Below the pieces are notes generated by a model, which was not told the origin of the DNA, ran no database searches, and saw nothing but the letters and a program-made list of their open reading frames with translations. A stretch of 64,000 nucleotides of DNA, counting the filler, from Asterionella formosa (lineage: Eukaryota): assembly GCA_002256025.1 (NCBI GenBank). It is 8 parts of 8 records of this genome, joined end to end, with 100 filler letters (N's around TTAATTAATTAA, not from the genome) between each part and the next. Parts side by side here need not be neighbours in the genome. Positions count along the whole stretch, not along the records: positions 8,063 to 16,023 come from NKIB01012352.1; positions 16,124 to 24,080 come from NKIB01012353.1; positions 24,181 to 32,135 come from NKIB01012354.1; 5 more parts are not named here. One strand, given 5' to 3'. The position numbers and the translations under genes are program-made. Positions 11,685-24,493 of this stretch are shown here, piece after piece. Each line of letters starts with the position of its first letter. Positions within the stretch are counted from its first letter, which is position 1.

Positions 11685-13445
11685 TTAATCCGGCTCTGAA
11701 TTCGAGTCACTCGAGCTATCATATGCATGATTGCGGTGTTGTAGGCGTTGAAGGAGGGATTGGTTTGCAACATTGGGTTGTTCGTTTCCCAACAAGAACG
11801 ATATGGCGTCGTCAAAGTCATGGAAGCTGACTGCTCGAATATTCTGAAAACCCTTCAATAACAGAATTCTGGCAACTTCATCCCCGTCCTTTGCTTTGCT
11901 GGCATTTTTCTGAGAAGATTCGTCGCCGCCACTTTGCTTGAGCTTCTTGGCTCGTCGCTTGGCACGGGCAGCAGAACGAAGGCATTCGCGAACGGGGGCC
12001 ATTGCTGCTTCTCTTGTCAAAGACTCCAAATCTGAACCAGACCAACCTTCGGTGGCAATGGCGATGTCATCAAGTTGAGCTTTCGAGAGGGTATTTTCGA
12101 TGCCCAGCAGGTGCTTGTTGATAATTTTCCAACGGTCCCTTTTCGCAGGGAGGCCTACTTGAAGACGAATGGCAAATCGTCGAACCAATGCAGGATCACA
12201 ATCCTCTGGACGATTGGTTGCTGCCACAACTATCACTTTGATTTTGGTGGCGCATATGGTATTTGGTGAATCCAGGCTACCTCGATAGTCTTCGTCTTCG
12301 TCACTGCCTGAATCATATACTTCTTCCTTGCTATGAGCTCCATCGTGTTCTTCCATTACAGCTGCGTCATCCGATCTGTCGGACTTCGTCAGATTCGTCA
12401 ACTGAATGAGGAGTTCCGCCAAGATGCGGCGCGATGATCCGTCTGCACCACCGCTGCTAGCAAGGCCACTATTTTCTTCTCCGCCTCTTGATTGCCCGAG
12501 TGCGTCAATCTCATCAAAGAAAAGCACGGTACACCGACTTTCAGTTCGGATGGCAAGTCGAGCGGCTTTGAACGCGGGTTAGAGGCGATACTCGCAAAAC
12601 ATATGCTTATAAAGCAGCTAGTACATGTAGTAGTCTCACCTTTTTTGAAAAGATCACGGATGGAAGCTTCAGATTCACCAACATATTTACTAAGCACATC
12701 GCTAGGACCAACTGTCATGAACGCAGCTTGAGCTTCACCTGCAATTGCACGGGCAAGTTGTGTCTTCGTGTGCATCATTAATGTCAGACAAAAGGAAACG
12801 CTATTATTGGTACAATTCAAATTTGACAAGAAAACTCACCTTTCCGCACCCAGGAGGGCCATATAACAATAAAGAAGCTGGTAATGATCTCACTCCTTTC
12901 AAGATAGAATTGGTCAGGGATGATGGAAGGGCCAAAGGCAAGAGCATTTCATCGATTCGTAGCTTGACAGCACCATGACCGATGATGTCGCTGAACCGAG
13001 TTGTCAAATATGTCAATTGTAGACTATCTTCCTCGACTTGCTGCTCGTATTCTTCCGAATGCCCTCCAGAAATTCCCTTTATATTATTGGGAGCAATTTC
13101 TCTGTGGTTCTGTTGGTGTTGTTTCTGATTGTGATTGGCTTCCATCAACTCTGAATCTTGACACATCGACCTAGCAGTTGGTCCGTTCATCGTCTGTTGA
13201 GAGTCCGAAGCTTCTAAGTTATCGAAGGATACCAATGGAAGCGCGTAAATTTTCTCTGGAACAATTTCAGCATTGGTATTTTGAGTGAGTGACTGTTGCC
13301 ACGGAATCACTCGATCGACTCCTTCTATTGGCAAGACCAAGTCATCGTTCGGAAGTCTAGCTGTTGCATTTGCAATCGATCGTAGTCGCTTGCTCGGAGG
13401 AGGCATAAGGAGTGCATCAACCTCATGATTGCCTTTCAATGTCAT
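11685..13445 (-). CDS. AAA+ ATPase, spastin/fidgetin/katanin-like (exons 13445-12840, 12763-12640, 12565-11685)
   Basis: Walker A GPPGCGK|T, SKYVGESE pore loop, Walker B LFFDEID, ATNRP and ALVRRF. Two GT-AG introns restore the frame. Confidence 0.88.
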
Positions 13446-13689
13446 CGGATGCAACGTCGAAACAAATGAAGCAGTGAAGTATCATCGACAAAGTAGTATA
13501 CTAGAATTGGACCCTGCTGTGGGGTGATCGCGTCTGAGGGTTTTCGAAAAATGATTTTAAAAAGTTGCCGCCGTGACTGAAACTCGGGAATGTGACTCGA
13601 CATGTTCGACTACAAGGAATTGCAAACGATAATACTACCGGTATCATTTGAGACAAGCTGTGCCTCAATTTTCCGCGTGCATTATTACC
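13446..13689. promoter_or_regulatory. Probable bidirectional promoter
   Basis: 244 bp between the divergent start codons of the AAA ATPase and TRAPPC2L. Inferred from layout only. Confidence 0.4.
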
Positions 13690-14473
13690 ATGGCGCTTCT
13701 GAGCATCGCAATCGTCGGAAAGACCAATGAACCCATCTTTCTCAAGGAGTTCAACAAAGAAGAAAACGTTGAAGGTATTGGAGAGGTAGAATTATTCGGA
13801 TTGTCCTTTTCAACGGACCCTACTTCTGGTGACAAGAAAAAGGGGCCGGGGGGATTCAATTGCGGACTGAAACAACAGTTTATTCTCCATGCAGCTCTCG
13901 ATAGATTCGACCAACTTGCAGGGCCACCACCGGGATTTGGATGGAGAGATTCAAACACTTCTGGACCAGATGCTATGTTTGTAGGCTGTCTATGCCCTGT
14001 TGAAGAGAACCGCGTTTATGGTGAGAATCGTCATACCCTTCCAGCCCTGTGTAGGCTAACGAAACAACCTTTCATGAGGATCTAACAATCTGATAATAAC
14101 GCAGGCTACATGTCACAAACAAAGATAAAATTCATCGCGGTCGTGGAGGACGATGCAGTTCCAGGCCAGACTTCCGTGTCGAACCCAAGGAGAGATTTAG
14201 ATATCAAGAGGTTAATGGTACGTGCTCGAGACAGTCAGGCATATGCTTGTAATCGGTGAAGCATTATAGTTTCGTGCCGAGCATTGAGCTGTCAAAATCT
14301 GATGTGCATCGCATTACTCGCAGATTGACGTGCATAGATTATACGTTGAATATACATTGAACCCATTCAACCCGATGGGAGATCACAGAATTTTGTCACA
14401 GAAATTCGACGAATCTGTTTCCGCAACTGTTGAACTTTTCAACAATCTCGTTCGCCACCAAAAAAGGAGCTAG
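13690..14473 (+). CDS. TRAPPC2L: TRAPP complex subunit 2-like, sedlin/longin (exons 13690-14020, 14105-14217, 14324-14473)
   Basis: IAIVGKTNEP...FILHAALD...FVGCLCPVEENRVYG|YMSQTKIKFI...HRLYVEYTLNPF...SQKFD. GT-AG introns are in frame. Confidence 0.85.
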
Positions 14474-14536
14474 CCTCACCTACTATTGACAGCCACTGAA
14501 TATTTACACACAATAACTAAATCTCAAATAATTGAG

Positions 14537-15901
14537 TTATTCAAGATAAGACTCAACAATGTCAGACTCCATCTTGACCATGTCAAGTCCATCGTCGTGC
14601 ATTTCCACCTCCAATTCAGTATCTCCCACTGACGTTCCATAGTTAGACAGCGCTAATCGTACCTCTGTCTCCATCTGAGCCGCCAAACTAGGGTCGCTCT
14701 TCAAAAGTTCAACTACATTGAGGCGGCCTTGAGCAATGTTAGTTCCTTTGTAGGCATACCACGACCCTTTGCGCTCCACCACATTCAATTCCTGGGCTGC
14801 ATCCAGCATGCAGCCCATGGTATCGATACCAGAACCAAAGAGAATATCAAAGTTGACCACTTTAAAAGGCGCAGCAATCTTGTTCTTAACTACTTTGACC
14901 TTGACTCGAATTCCAGTGTTATCGGGTAAGATTTCTTTTCTTCGGGTATCTAGACGTACTGATGCATAAAACTTGAGAGCATTTCCTCCCGAAGTAACCT
15001 CTGGGGATCCATAAATTACACCGACCTTAATGATTTGTTAGTGGATTACATAAGCATCTCGGAAACGTCGCATTCAGAATTAAAGTTTACATACCTTTGA
15101 TCTCAGCTGATTAATAAATATCACAGTGCATTGACTCAAGTTTAGTGATCCAGTAATCTTCCGCATAGCCTTGGACATGAGGCGAGCTTGCAGACCAATT
15201 TGAGAGTCCGACATTTCACCTTCAAGCTCAGCCCTTGGTACCAAAGCTGCCACACTATCCACAACGATGACGTCAACAGCTGAGCTTCTTACAAGTTTGT
15301 CTACAATATCGAGAGCCATTTCTCCCGAATCGGGTTGTGAAACAAGCAATGCATCGATATCTACCCCCATGTTGGCCGCGTACTGAGGATCAAGGGCATG
15401 TTCGGCGTCCACAAACGCAGCTGTGCCTCCAACCTTCTGGCATTCCGCAATAGCATGAAGAGCCAGCGTTGTCTTTCCAGAACTTTCAGGTCCGTAAATT
15501 TCTACCACTCGTCCCTTTGGATAGCCTCCACCAAGAGCAGCATCTGTGGAACAAGATGTGAGAAGGGACTTGAGTGAAAACGGAATTGCCACCAACGCGA
15601 GTCAAAGCTCACCAAGTGTCAAGGACCCGGACCCAATACAATCAACGATCATATTCTTAGCATCTCCCAACTTAACAATTGAACCACGTCCATACGACCG
15701 TTCAATCTGCTGCAGTACACCATCGAGGGCAGCCTTCTTGGCCTTGTTTGCCACTGGTTCACCGTTGTCTTCGCTGCCAACAGATTTCTTGGCGAGCAGC
15801 CCAAACTCCATTCTCATTTTTTGGTTCTGAGGAAACAGAAATGCTCCAGCTTCCGTAAGAAGGCTAGAGAGAACCGAAAACAGGACGAAAGCATGCATCA
15901 T
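14537..15901 (-). CDS. recA: Plastid-targeted RecA (exons 15901-15613, 15543-15095, 15025-14537)
   Basis: [47 protein letters not shown]. Signal peptide ending AGA-F. Confidence 0.95.
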
Positions 15902-16123
15902 TGTCGTTGTTCTGTGATTATTGATTCGGCAAAACAATATGTTAGTATTATTATATTGGTTGAATTTTACACATGCATCATCTTGTTAGGGTTTTAGTAA
16001 AACCCTCAGCGGTTATAAATAAGNNNNNNNNNNNNNNNNNNNNNNNNNNNNNNNNNNNNNNNNNNNNTTAATTAATTAANNNNNNNNNNNNNNNNNNNNN
16101 NNNNNNNNNNNNNNNNNNNNNNN

Positions 16124-19100
16124 TAAGTGAAGAGGATATGCATCAATATGTTGAACCACTTCAACCAAATGTTCCTGAGAAGAATATTGATTACAATGAA
16201 TGCATTAATCAACGGGACATTGATGACAACGTTGATTTTGAATGGATCTAATAGAATCCAATGAATACTTAGTAGTTACATAATAAATATAGTTAGTGTG
16301 AGACTTCTACAATGCACAAACCATATCAGAGATGTTAGGAAAACATTGATGCTGCTCTATACTACTAGTAGTGGCGCCTGTACTGTATGTAGGGGTATAC
16401 CTCCATTTTTACTACTATGGTGGAGTGATAATTTCACAACTCTGTATTGTCCAGCACAGCATGATCGGAGTGATGCTAAATTTATTCTTAATAATTCATT
16501 TTCATTCTATCCTGTTCAAAATCTGACTTTGTCATCATTTGAAATTTGCAATGTCTTTGCAGACATTGCAATGGTGTTATCTGGCTGTGTAGCTACAAAT
16601 TTCGGAAGAACAAATCCCCAACTGAGTCTCATAACCGAAATTGTAGCAACCGTGTTTTTTATGCATATGGTCACTGTCGACATTGCATGCAAGAACATCG
16701 AGTTCCTGGAATACATAATGAAACTATGTATTGCGTGAGTGCATTTAATCATTCAAGGAAGAAGTTAATGGCAGCAGTGTAACTGCTGCAGCATTTAGGG
16801 AGAGTAGACATCAAAAAGGGATTATGTGTCCTATCCTTGAATCAAGTGGCCACAATCATCCATTTCATGAAGAAAACGACGATTCAGTTTATAACAATAT
16901 TCAGTCACAACAAGACGAACAATTGAGACTAAAAACTTTCCGAGGAATGAATTCAGAGACCATGCAATATTCAGATTTTCAAGATCACACCGGCTTTCTC
17001 CCTGAAAATGCAATGGAAATGCCCCTTCCTCATCCTCAATTTCAATTTCCAAGTATACATTCTAAACATGAGCGCATCCAATCGAATTAGAATTCATGTT
17101 ATTCCTTAACGAGAATTGCTTTGGCATAATAACTCTACACATTTCACAAGCCAACTCTTCACAAAAGTAGCTAGCTGCCTTCGGGATTGTTCTCGATGAT
17201 TTTACAAAGAAATTCGTTTTCTTCCATGTATGATTTGGAAAAAGATTCAATTTTTTATCTTTTCTTTTAGAAATGCAATATTTTCTTTGCTTTCATGATG
17301 TTCTGGACGAATAGTGAGACATATTTCTTGGTTTTGCAACTTTTCAACCATTTCTACTTCAGAAGTGATGTCCCTCCCACATTTCCGCGGGTATTTTCAT
17401 TCATCGCATGAACTTGTTATTCAAATGAATGAGAATCACTGAGTTCTTCTTCGTTGTCAGCGATTACAGGAGAATGAGCAAAATACGACACTGGATGGAA
17501 CTGTGACTCTGTAGGAATAGAGTCTTCATCCGCGAAGAACAACTGTTTGGGTTTCCTCGTCATCTTTCCTTCTTTTCAATCTCTGCCACTATTTTATCGG
17601 CATACTTCATTATTTTTTCTGGAGTATTATGAATCTGTTCAAATTCATTTGATCTTTGAGTGTATTCAAAGGAATCTTCGATTGATTTCATAAGTTTCTT
17701 CATTTTCTTTTCCGAAAACATAAAGCCGTGTAGTGTAAACAATGGAAGTAAGTCACGTTTCTTGTTTGACTGATCCTTTGCATGAAATCCATGAAATGCC
17801 ATTTGGAAAGTTGTGAAAGGGCCAGAAGACTATGATGTAAGACAGTGGAAGGGAAGCGCGGAGCTTTTTGCGGCGCTTGTGGACGTACAGCTGGTGTGAT
17901 GGTAACCGAGTGTAGTAATTGTTGAACAGAGCACAGCAGTGTAATATGCATGTTCCGCCAGCATAGTGTTTCCACAATACACATGACGGCATATATATAG
18001 CTATAACAAGGAAAAACGACACAACAATGAATGTGATGGCTGGTTGTTGAGGATACCGGTATGTGATATGCATCAATCCATATCACAAATCATATTATAG
18101 TGATGTACATATCAATGCATCCATATACTTAGATCCTATGCACCATATAATGATCATACTATCATATTAACTGTTGGCTTTTACTGTATACATTAAAAGA
18201 CGAATACATATATTAAGTAACATCATTTATGATTGATTGATTGATTTTCTATGGTGATGAGACAATTTGGAACTGTATTCTGCATCGTACTATGAAGTAT
18301 GATATTAAAACACGCACTTTAGTAGCTAAGTTACTCCTGTAATGTACACAAGTCGACAGTGGACATGCACACACGCTAATCAGGTTTGAGGAAAAAACAG
18401 TGGTTCCAACGAGCGAATGACGATACCACGGACATCAATTTTTCCAGCGGCAAACCGCAATGATGAAGGACACTTGTCCCTCTATTGATGAAGATGACAG
18501 AGACACCGAATTTTTCAGGAGCAAACAACAATGAAGAGACCCACTTGTCGCTCTATTGATGGTAACAAAGATGCGGATAAGCTCAACAGTGAATACAAGA
18601 GCAACATACCAATGAAAACAAGTCGACAGTGAGTGTACGCACACGCCAAGCAGGTTTGAGGCAACGGACAGTTCCAACAAGCAAATGACAATATGGACAT
18701 CAAATATATCCTATGAGCAAACAACAATGAAGAGAGTCTTTAGCTCTCTTGATGGTATCAAAGATGCGGACAAGTTCAATAGTTAATTCAAGTACAGTAT
18801 ACCAAATGCAGAAACGAGCGAGCGATATGAAAATGAAATTCTAATCAGAATCATTCTATAACTATAGCTATGTGGACAGTAGTCTGTTACGCACATTTTC
18901 GTATCTCCTTCTATGCTGAATCTCAATAGTAGATGTAGTATCATGTGAGAATTGAAAATGTCAACGAGAACAAGTAGAATGTGTTTGTTTACGGGTTGAT
19001 TGGCGAGATTGTCATGCTGAAGTGGACGAAAAGGATATACTTTGTGCGCTGTGTGCGGAACCATTACGAGTTCGAATGATTTCTTCTCTGTAAACTCTTA

Positions 19101-19488
19101 ATCGAATGATTATGAACAAAGGTTCACTGCACATGACGATTACTCAAAGATGTAATGATCACATGACCAACAATTGAAGACGTCGTTATCGCAAACAATC
19201 ATTCCACTTGTCATCGCTAGAATTTCGTTGTTGTTGCAAAAAACAGAGTGATGACGGATGGAAATGACGAGCCAAATTACATTACTTCAGCTGGTACATT
19301 ATCCAACCAAGAAATTCGAAAACAGGAATCTAATAGAAACAATACATATAATAATTAAATATATGTAGTCAAAAGGGTTACTATTTAAATTACAAGGGCA
19401 TTTATCAAAACTATAACGAAAAATTATGATCAGATGATCACAATCCTATGGTGCATCATGGAAATATGATAGCTTTTATTTGCAGACG
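16124..19488 (+). mobile_element. Right part of a Plavaka-like DNA transposon
   Basis: 16124-17065 is a close copy of 55333-56277. Ends TATGATAGCTTTTATTTGCAGACG, the inverse of the terminus at 51833 and 57665. Degenerate subterminal repeats at ~18350-18785. Confidence 0.65.
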
Positions 19489-19780
19489 CTGTGTACGCCT
19501 TTTCATTCCTTGTTGCTCCAGTTGTTCCGGTTTCCTCATGATCGACTGGAGTTTTACCTGTGCATACCTTTTCATTCTTTTATGTTGTCGTTGTTCCGGT
19601 TTTGGCATCGACTGGAGTTGTACCTGTGTACGTTTTTTCATTCCTTGTTGCTGTCGTTGTTCCGGTTTTGGCATCGACTGGAGATGTACCTATGTATGCC
19701 TTTTCATTCTTTGTTGCTCCAGTTGTTCTGGCATCCGCATGATCGACTGGAGTTGTACCTGTGAACGCCTTTTCATTTTC
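19489..19780 (-). repeat. Coding-type tandem repeat (69/66/66/69-bp units plus a partial unit)
   Basis: Units encode ~EKAYTGTTPVDAKTGTTTATRN within ORF 19580-19972. Confidence 0.85.
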
Positions 19781-20199
19781 ATTGAAAAAAGCAAAAGCTA
19801 CAGCGTTGAAATGCATGCGAAAGGATTCTTTCAATCTCTGTGCATCACCAATACTGACAGTGGCATTGTCTTGATCATTGGATGAAGATGTAGAAACATA
19901 TGAGAATTCACTCACCACATACTCTTCATCACTACTGTCTTCATTGCGATTCTTCTTCTTCGAAGAATTCATCTCAAATCAGAGGAGCTTTTCCGGTAAA
20001 CAAGGACAAGATGAAGGCCTGTGAGCAATTAATAGATTTAGTTGTGCATTGACTTCTATTGAAGATTTACTACAAGTAGTAGATAGGTGCACATGGCTAC
20101 AGGTAAGCATTTGACAGGAGAGATTGCTATCACTTGCTCGTCCTGCTGCTATCTAAATAAATCTAAGTTTTGATAGAGAAAAGAGATTTTGGGTGTCTA

Positions 20200-20324
20200 T
20201 TGGTGAAAGCTCTGTTGAGCGTTATACATATTTGATTTATATGCAGAAAGTATGTGTTTGATTAGTCTGACTCAGTACTAATTTTTAAACCCGACCTCGA
20301 GCTAGGGGTTCAAATGTAGCAACC
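20200..20324 (+). mobile_element. Right-end fragment of the Kolobok family seen at 3566
   Basis: Homologous to 7330-7439. Ends in the inverse of the 3566 TIR, followed by TTAA. Confidence 0.75.
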
Positions 20325-20328
20325 TTAA

Positions 20329-21525
20329 GGTTACGGCCCCGTTGTTACAAATTGCGAGGTCCGTTTTTTCCCAAAATATTTCGATGATGTACGTCAATCC
20401 TAAATATCACATACAAGTAAATAAAAAAGTGAAAGGTGAAATTAGCTTTCACCATTACGACCACTTTGCATATGCTTAGATACTGTCATTGCTCGACTTA
20501 GGGGTATGATCTATATACAGATATGGTCGTAAGGACCCCATTTCTGGAGAGAAGTGGCAGTTATGTATCATAGATTCGTAACTACCACAAAACTAATCAA
20601 AAAAGAGGCTACAAAGTTTAAAAAAATCTATGATACATAACTGCCACTTCTCTTCAGAAGTTAACTCCTGACGTTATTGGGAACACGACAGCTATCTATT
20701 TTAACTGTCATGAAACCCCGTAGATGTAGAGCAATCCTCTTCCAAAAAGTTGACCCGATCGGCTTTTTCAACAGTCGCCAAAATATTGGAATCGGAATTA
20801 GTACTGAAAAAAGTTCTCATAGACTTAGAGTCTTGCGTAGGTATGTTTTGCTGCTTAATTCTCAGTCTGACAAGACTCCAGGGTACGTTGCCGCATCACT
20901 ACACATATTCTGATTGGTTGAATTGAATTTACTCACCTGCAAGTTGCGGTAATTTTTCTGGAACAAAAGATTTAGCTATCATTATCCTAGATTAAAATGT
21001 CAGTTTAAGCAAAATGACCGCAACATGCTGCTCCAGATTGGCTGGAGTATCCCGGTCTTGTAAAATTACGCTAGCCATACCTGAACCACATGTATTAGAT
21101 GTACTGTGTACCGGTACCTGGTACGTGGTAGGTAAAATCAGTAGTACTGGTCGTTTCATCCTGTCTTCCATCATCATATGAATAAACCAAGATTATGTAG
21201 TCCACGTTCAATATTAACAGATAAAAAATATTATGAGTATACATTTACTGCGAGGCATACTCCTAATATACATATGTGTTTTTGCGTGGAGCAAAATTAT
21301 GTCTACATCCAGCAACCTACAAATAGTATACCGGTAACATTTAAATATCATTTTTATTTGTTTAAAATGGAACTCTATCTATCTGGCGCCGACTCCTATT
21401 AATTCAAATATTCAAATGGACACTCGAATCTTGGGGACTCATAGCAGCAAACTCCCTGTTCCATGCCGTTTTTACAACCCTAGCGACGTTTTCTCCAAAC
21501 TAGGGTTAAGCCGAGGGCCGCAACC
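20329..21525 (-). mobile_element. Non-autonomous Kolobok-type element (second family)
   Basis: TTAA|GGTTACGGCCC...GGGCCGCAACC|TTAA gives short TIRs and a TTAA TSD. Internal 20460-20800 is homologous (inverted) to 6990-7335. Confidence 0.75.
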
Positions 21526-22441
21526 TTAAGCTAAAATTATGTTGTACTGGTCGCCAGAATTATTTTGTACTGGTATCTACGATGGCTACCCACTGTAGTT
21601 TCATGATTTATCCAGCCATAGCTACTGGTATTCATATTTACATAAACCCGATTCCTGTTATGTATACGCCATGCATTTAGCGTTCAGGTTATTTTGCTTC
21701 GCGTTCAAGAAAAATGGGAGAAGTTGATCTTGAAGAGCTTGGTAAGTTCGGAAGTTTCTACGATCCACCATTACTTATGAGAATTTGCTCCTAAGAAGGC
21801 CGTACATCTTTCGGCAGAATTGCACCATCTTCCATGATGTTGACCAGAAGCTCCAATAAATTGGCCTGCTTTGCAGCCATAGCGGTAACTGGTACTCTAG
21901 GTACAATGTACCCTGGTTTTTTTATCTGGTACCTGGTACCGTTCTTGGATCGCACCGTAGCTTCGTACACTTAATTAAGATCCATGCATTATTCACAATT
22001 CCCTTTGCAACAATATATATATATTCATACCGGTATATACTATCATGGGGTCATGCCAGGTAACAAACAGGACATAAATATTTAGTATTCTGTTTTTGTC
22101 AATTGTTTGTTATTGTACTGGTACGGTATACAATTGGCTTCCGGTAGAATTTAGGCACATAATGCATTATTACTGATAGGTTCCTGGTAGTTTACTATCT
22201 GGTGTACTCCTACCAGGGGTATATAACAGTAGACTACCGGTACATACCATGCCGGTAAGTAATGGGTATATGAATGCATGAAAAACATTAAAACAAAAGG
22301 CTACATACTGTATAATATATACGTATTTTCTTCTCACTTTTTTAGCAACAGAATTTCTTCCCACTTGTTGCTCGTCTCTTGCTGTTTGCTTTTGCTTTTT
22401 CTGCTTTAATCTTCATTTTAACGACAGCTTACACTATCAAT

Positions 22442-23825
22442 ATGAAGGGCTGGACGGAATGGTTCCTGGGTGGTCCCGAGTATGACTACAAAACGATGTG
22501 CATCCCCGTCGTTCCATGGTCGAAGAAAGAGAAGCCAAAGTTGACTTTCTATCCAAAAGGTAAGGTCAATTGGTCCTTCCTGCTTATGATGTCTTGCTTG
22601 ACTGGTTGAAGATCGGCAACAAAAAAAGCTTACCTCCCTTCTACTCGTCTATCATCATCGTAGATGCACCCCTTCCGATCTTTCTTTCTGCAGTGATGGG
22701 CCTCCAGCACGCCATGGCAATGGTTGGGGGTCTCATCACTCCTCCGTTTGTTATTTTCAAGTTTACAGTTGCTTTCTCAGATGTCGCGGCTCAACAGTAT
22801 ATTATTTCTGCTGCTTTGATTACATGTGGTTTCTGCACCATAATCAATGTCCTTCATTTTCCCATACCGTTTTCATCTCGATTAATTGGTCGTCAGTTGT
22901 ACTTGGGATCAGGGGTCCTGAGTGTGATGGGTACATCCTTTACATTCCTTCCTATATTTGAGATCTCTATCTCACAGATGAAAGCCAATGGTATTGAAGG
23001 CTTCGAGGCCTATGGAAAAATGCTTGGAACTGCAATGATTTGCAGCTTGTTGGAACTCTTCCTCTCCCTCCTTCCAATCAAAATCATCGTGACATTGATT
23101 CCACCTCTCGTGTCATCGATTACTGTCATGCTCATTGGTATTGCTTTGACAGGCACTGGTATGAAGTACTGGGGTGGAGGCGTGGTCTGTGCTGACATGA
23201 TCTGGAAGCAGCACATGCAAACAGATGGAAAGAATATTACCCAGATTCCTGGCCCGATTTGTACAAATGGTGATGTCCAACTTGGATATGGCTCTGCAGA
23301 ATTTATCGGACTTGGTTTCTCAGTCATGGTCTTCCTCGTCCTCCTTGAATTGTTTGGTTCCACATTTATGAGGAACTGTAATGTAATCCTTGCGTTGATA
23401 TTTGGATATTTTGTTGCTGCTGTTTCGAATTATCAGGGTAATCCGTATGTTCAAGTTAGCAGTATCTTGGAGGCTGCTCCAATCACGTTCCTCTGGGTTG
23501 AATGGTTTGGGCTTGGTTTCTATGGGCCTGCTGTGATTCCGCTCATGATAGGCTTCCTTGTGACAACCACTGAAACTATCGGTAAGTTTACCAGTTTTGA
23601 GATTTCCTAATGTGGTTGTTGTCGAGGAAGGCATGTAGGCTGTTTTCTTACAATGTTCTCGCCGCACTTCTAGGTGATATTACTGCTACATACGAGGCAT
23701 CTCAGCTTGACACAACTGGTCAAGAGTTAAAAGAGAGTATTCAAGGTGGACTTACCTCTGATTCACTTGGGTCGATGTTGGCAGGACTTTGCACGGCCAT
23801 GCCTATGACTGCGTTCAGTCAAAAT
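22442..23825 (+). CDS. NCS2/NAT xanthine-uracil-purine permease, 3'-interrupted (exons 22442-22559, 22664-23581, 23674-~23825)
   Basis: MGLQHAMAM, GTSFTFLP, TTTETIGD, IQGGLTSD, PMTAFSQN. Homology stops at QN. Confidence 0.88.
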
Positions 23826-23909
23826 ATGATAAAATATATGGAATCCAACGAATCGAGAATCAATATTCTTAGTAGTGATTAGAAACCAAGACCCAAAACA
23901 TCTCGTCAT

Positions 23910-24080
23910 TTATTGACAAATGACTGGAGATGTTTACTTATTGACAAATGACTGGACTGGAGATGTTTACTTATTGACAAATGACTGGAGATGTTACTTA
24001 TTGACAAGTGAATCAGATGCTCACTTATTGTCAAAAGAATAAGTGCTGCTCACTTATTGTCAAATGAATATGCTTACTTA
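23910..24080. repeat. ~28-bp tandem repeats (TTATTGACAAATGACTGGAGATGTTTAC), probably TE subterminal
   Basis: About six progressively degenerate units running into the contig end. Confidence 0.75.
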
Positions 24081-24406
24081 NNNNNNNNNNNNNNNNNNNN
24101 NNNNNNNNNNNNNNNNNNNNNNNNTTAATTAATTAANNNNNNNNNNNNNNNNNNNNNNNNNNNNNNNNNNNNNNNNNNNNATCACACAGAATTGAGGAAG
24201 ACACAACAGATGAAAATTCCATCAGGCAAGTGAATTGGTTGACTCATTAGTTGATTGTTTTCAATATAAAATCCAGGCGTATTTTTTACTATAGTAGGAC
24301 GAGGCTAATGGTAGATCATCCAGTGCATGTGCAATTAGGAGTGACTATTGGCTATTTCCTCCTCTCCCTCTTGTTGTCATATTTGTTCAAGTCACACTTG
24401 TAGCCT

Positions 24407-24493
24407 CAGAAATTTGTCCCGACGAAATTGTTAGCAAGACTGCGCCAGATCAGAAATTTGTCCCAACGAAATGGTTAGCAAGACTGCGCCAGA
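24407..24493. repeat. ~43-bp tandem duplication
   Basis: TCAGAAATTTGTCCC(G/A)ACGAAAT(T/G)GTTAGCAAGACTGCGCCAGA, two copies. Confidence 0.85.

Noticed and set aside
14537..15901. Bacterial contamination or recent HGT of recA/groEL
   Set aside because: Both genes have spliceosomal introns and organelle presequences.
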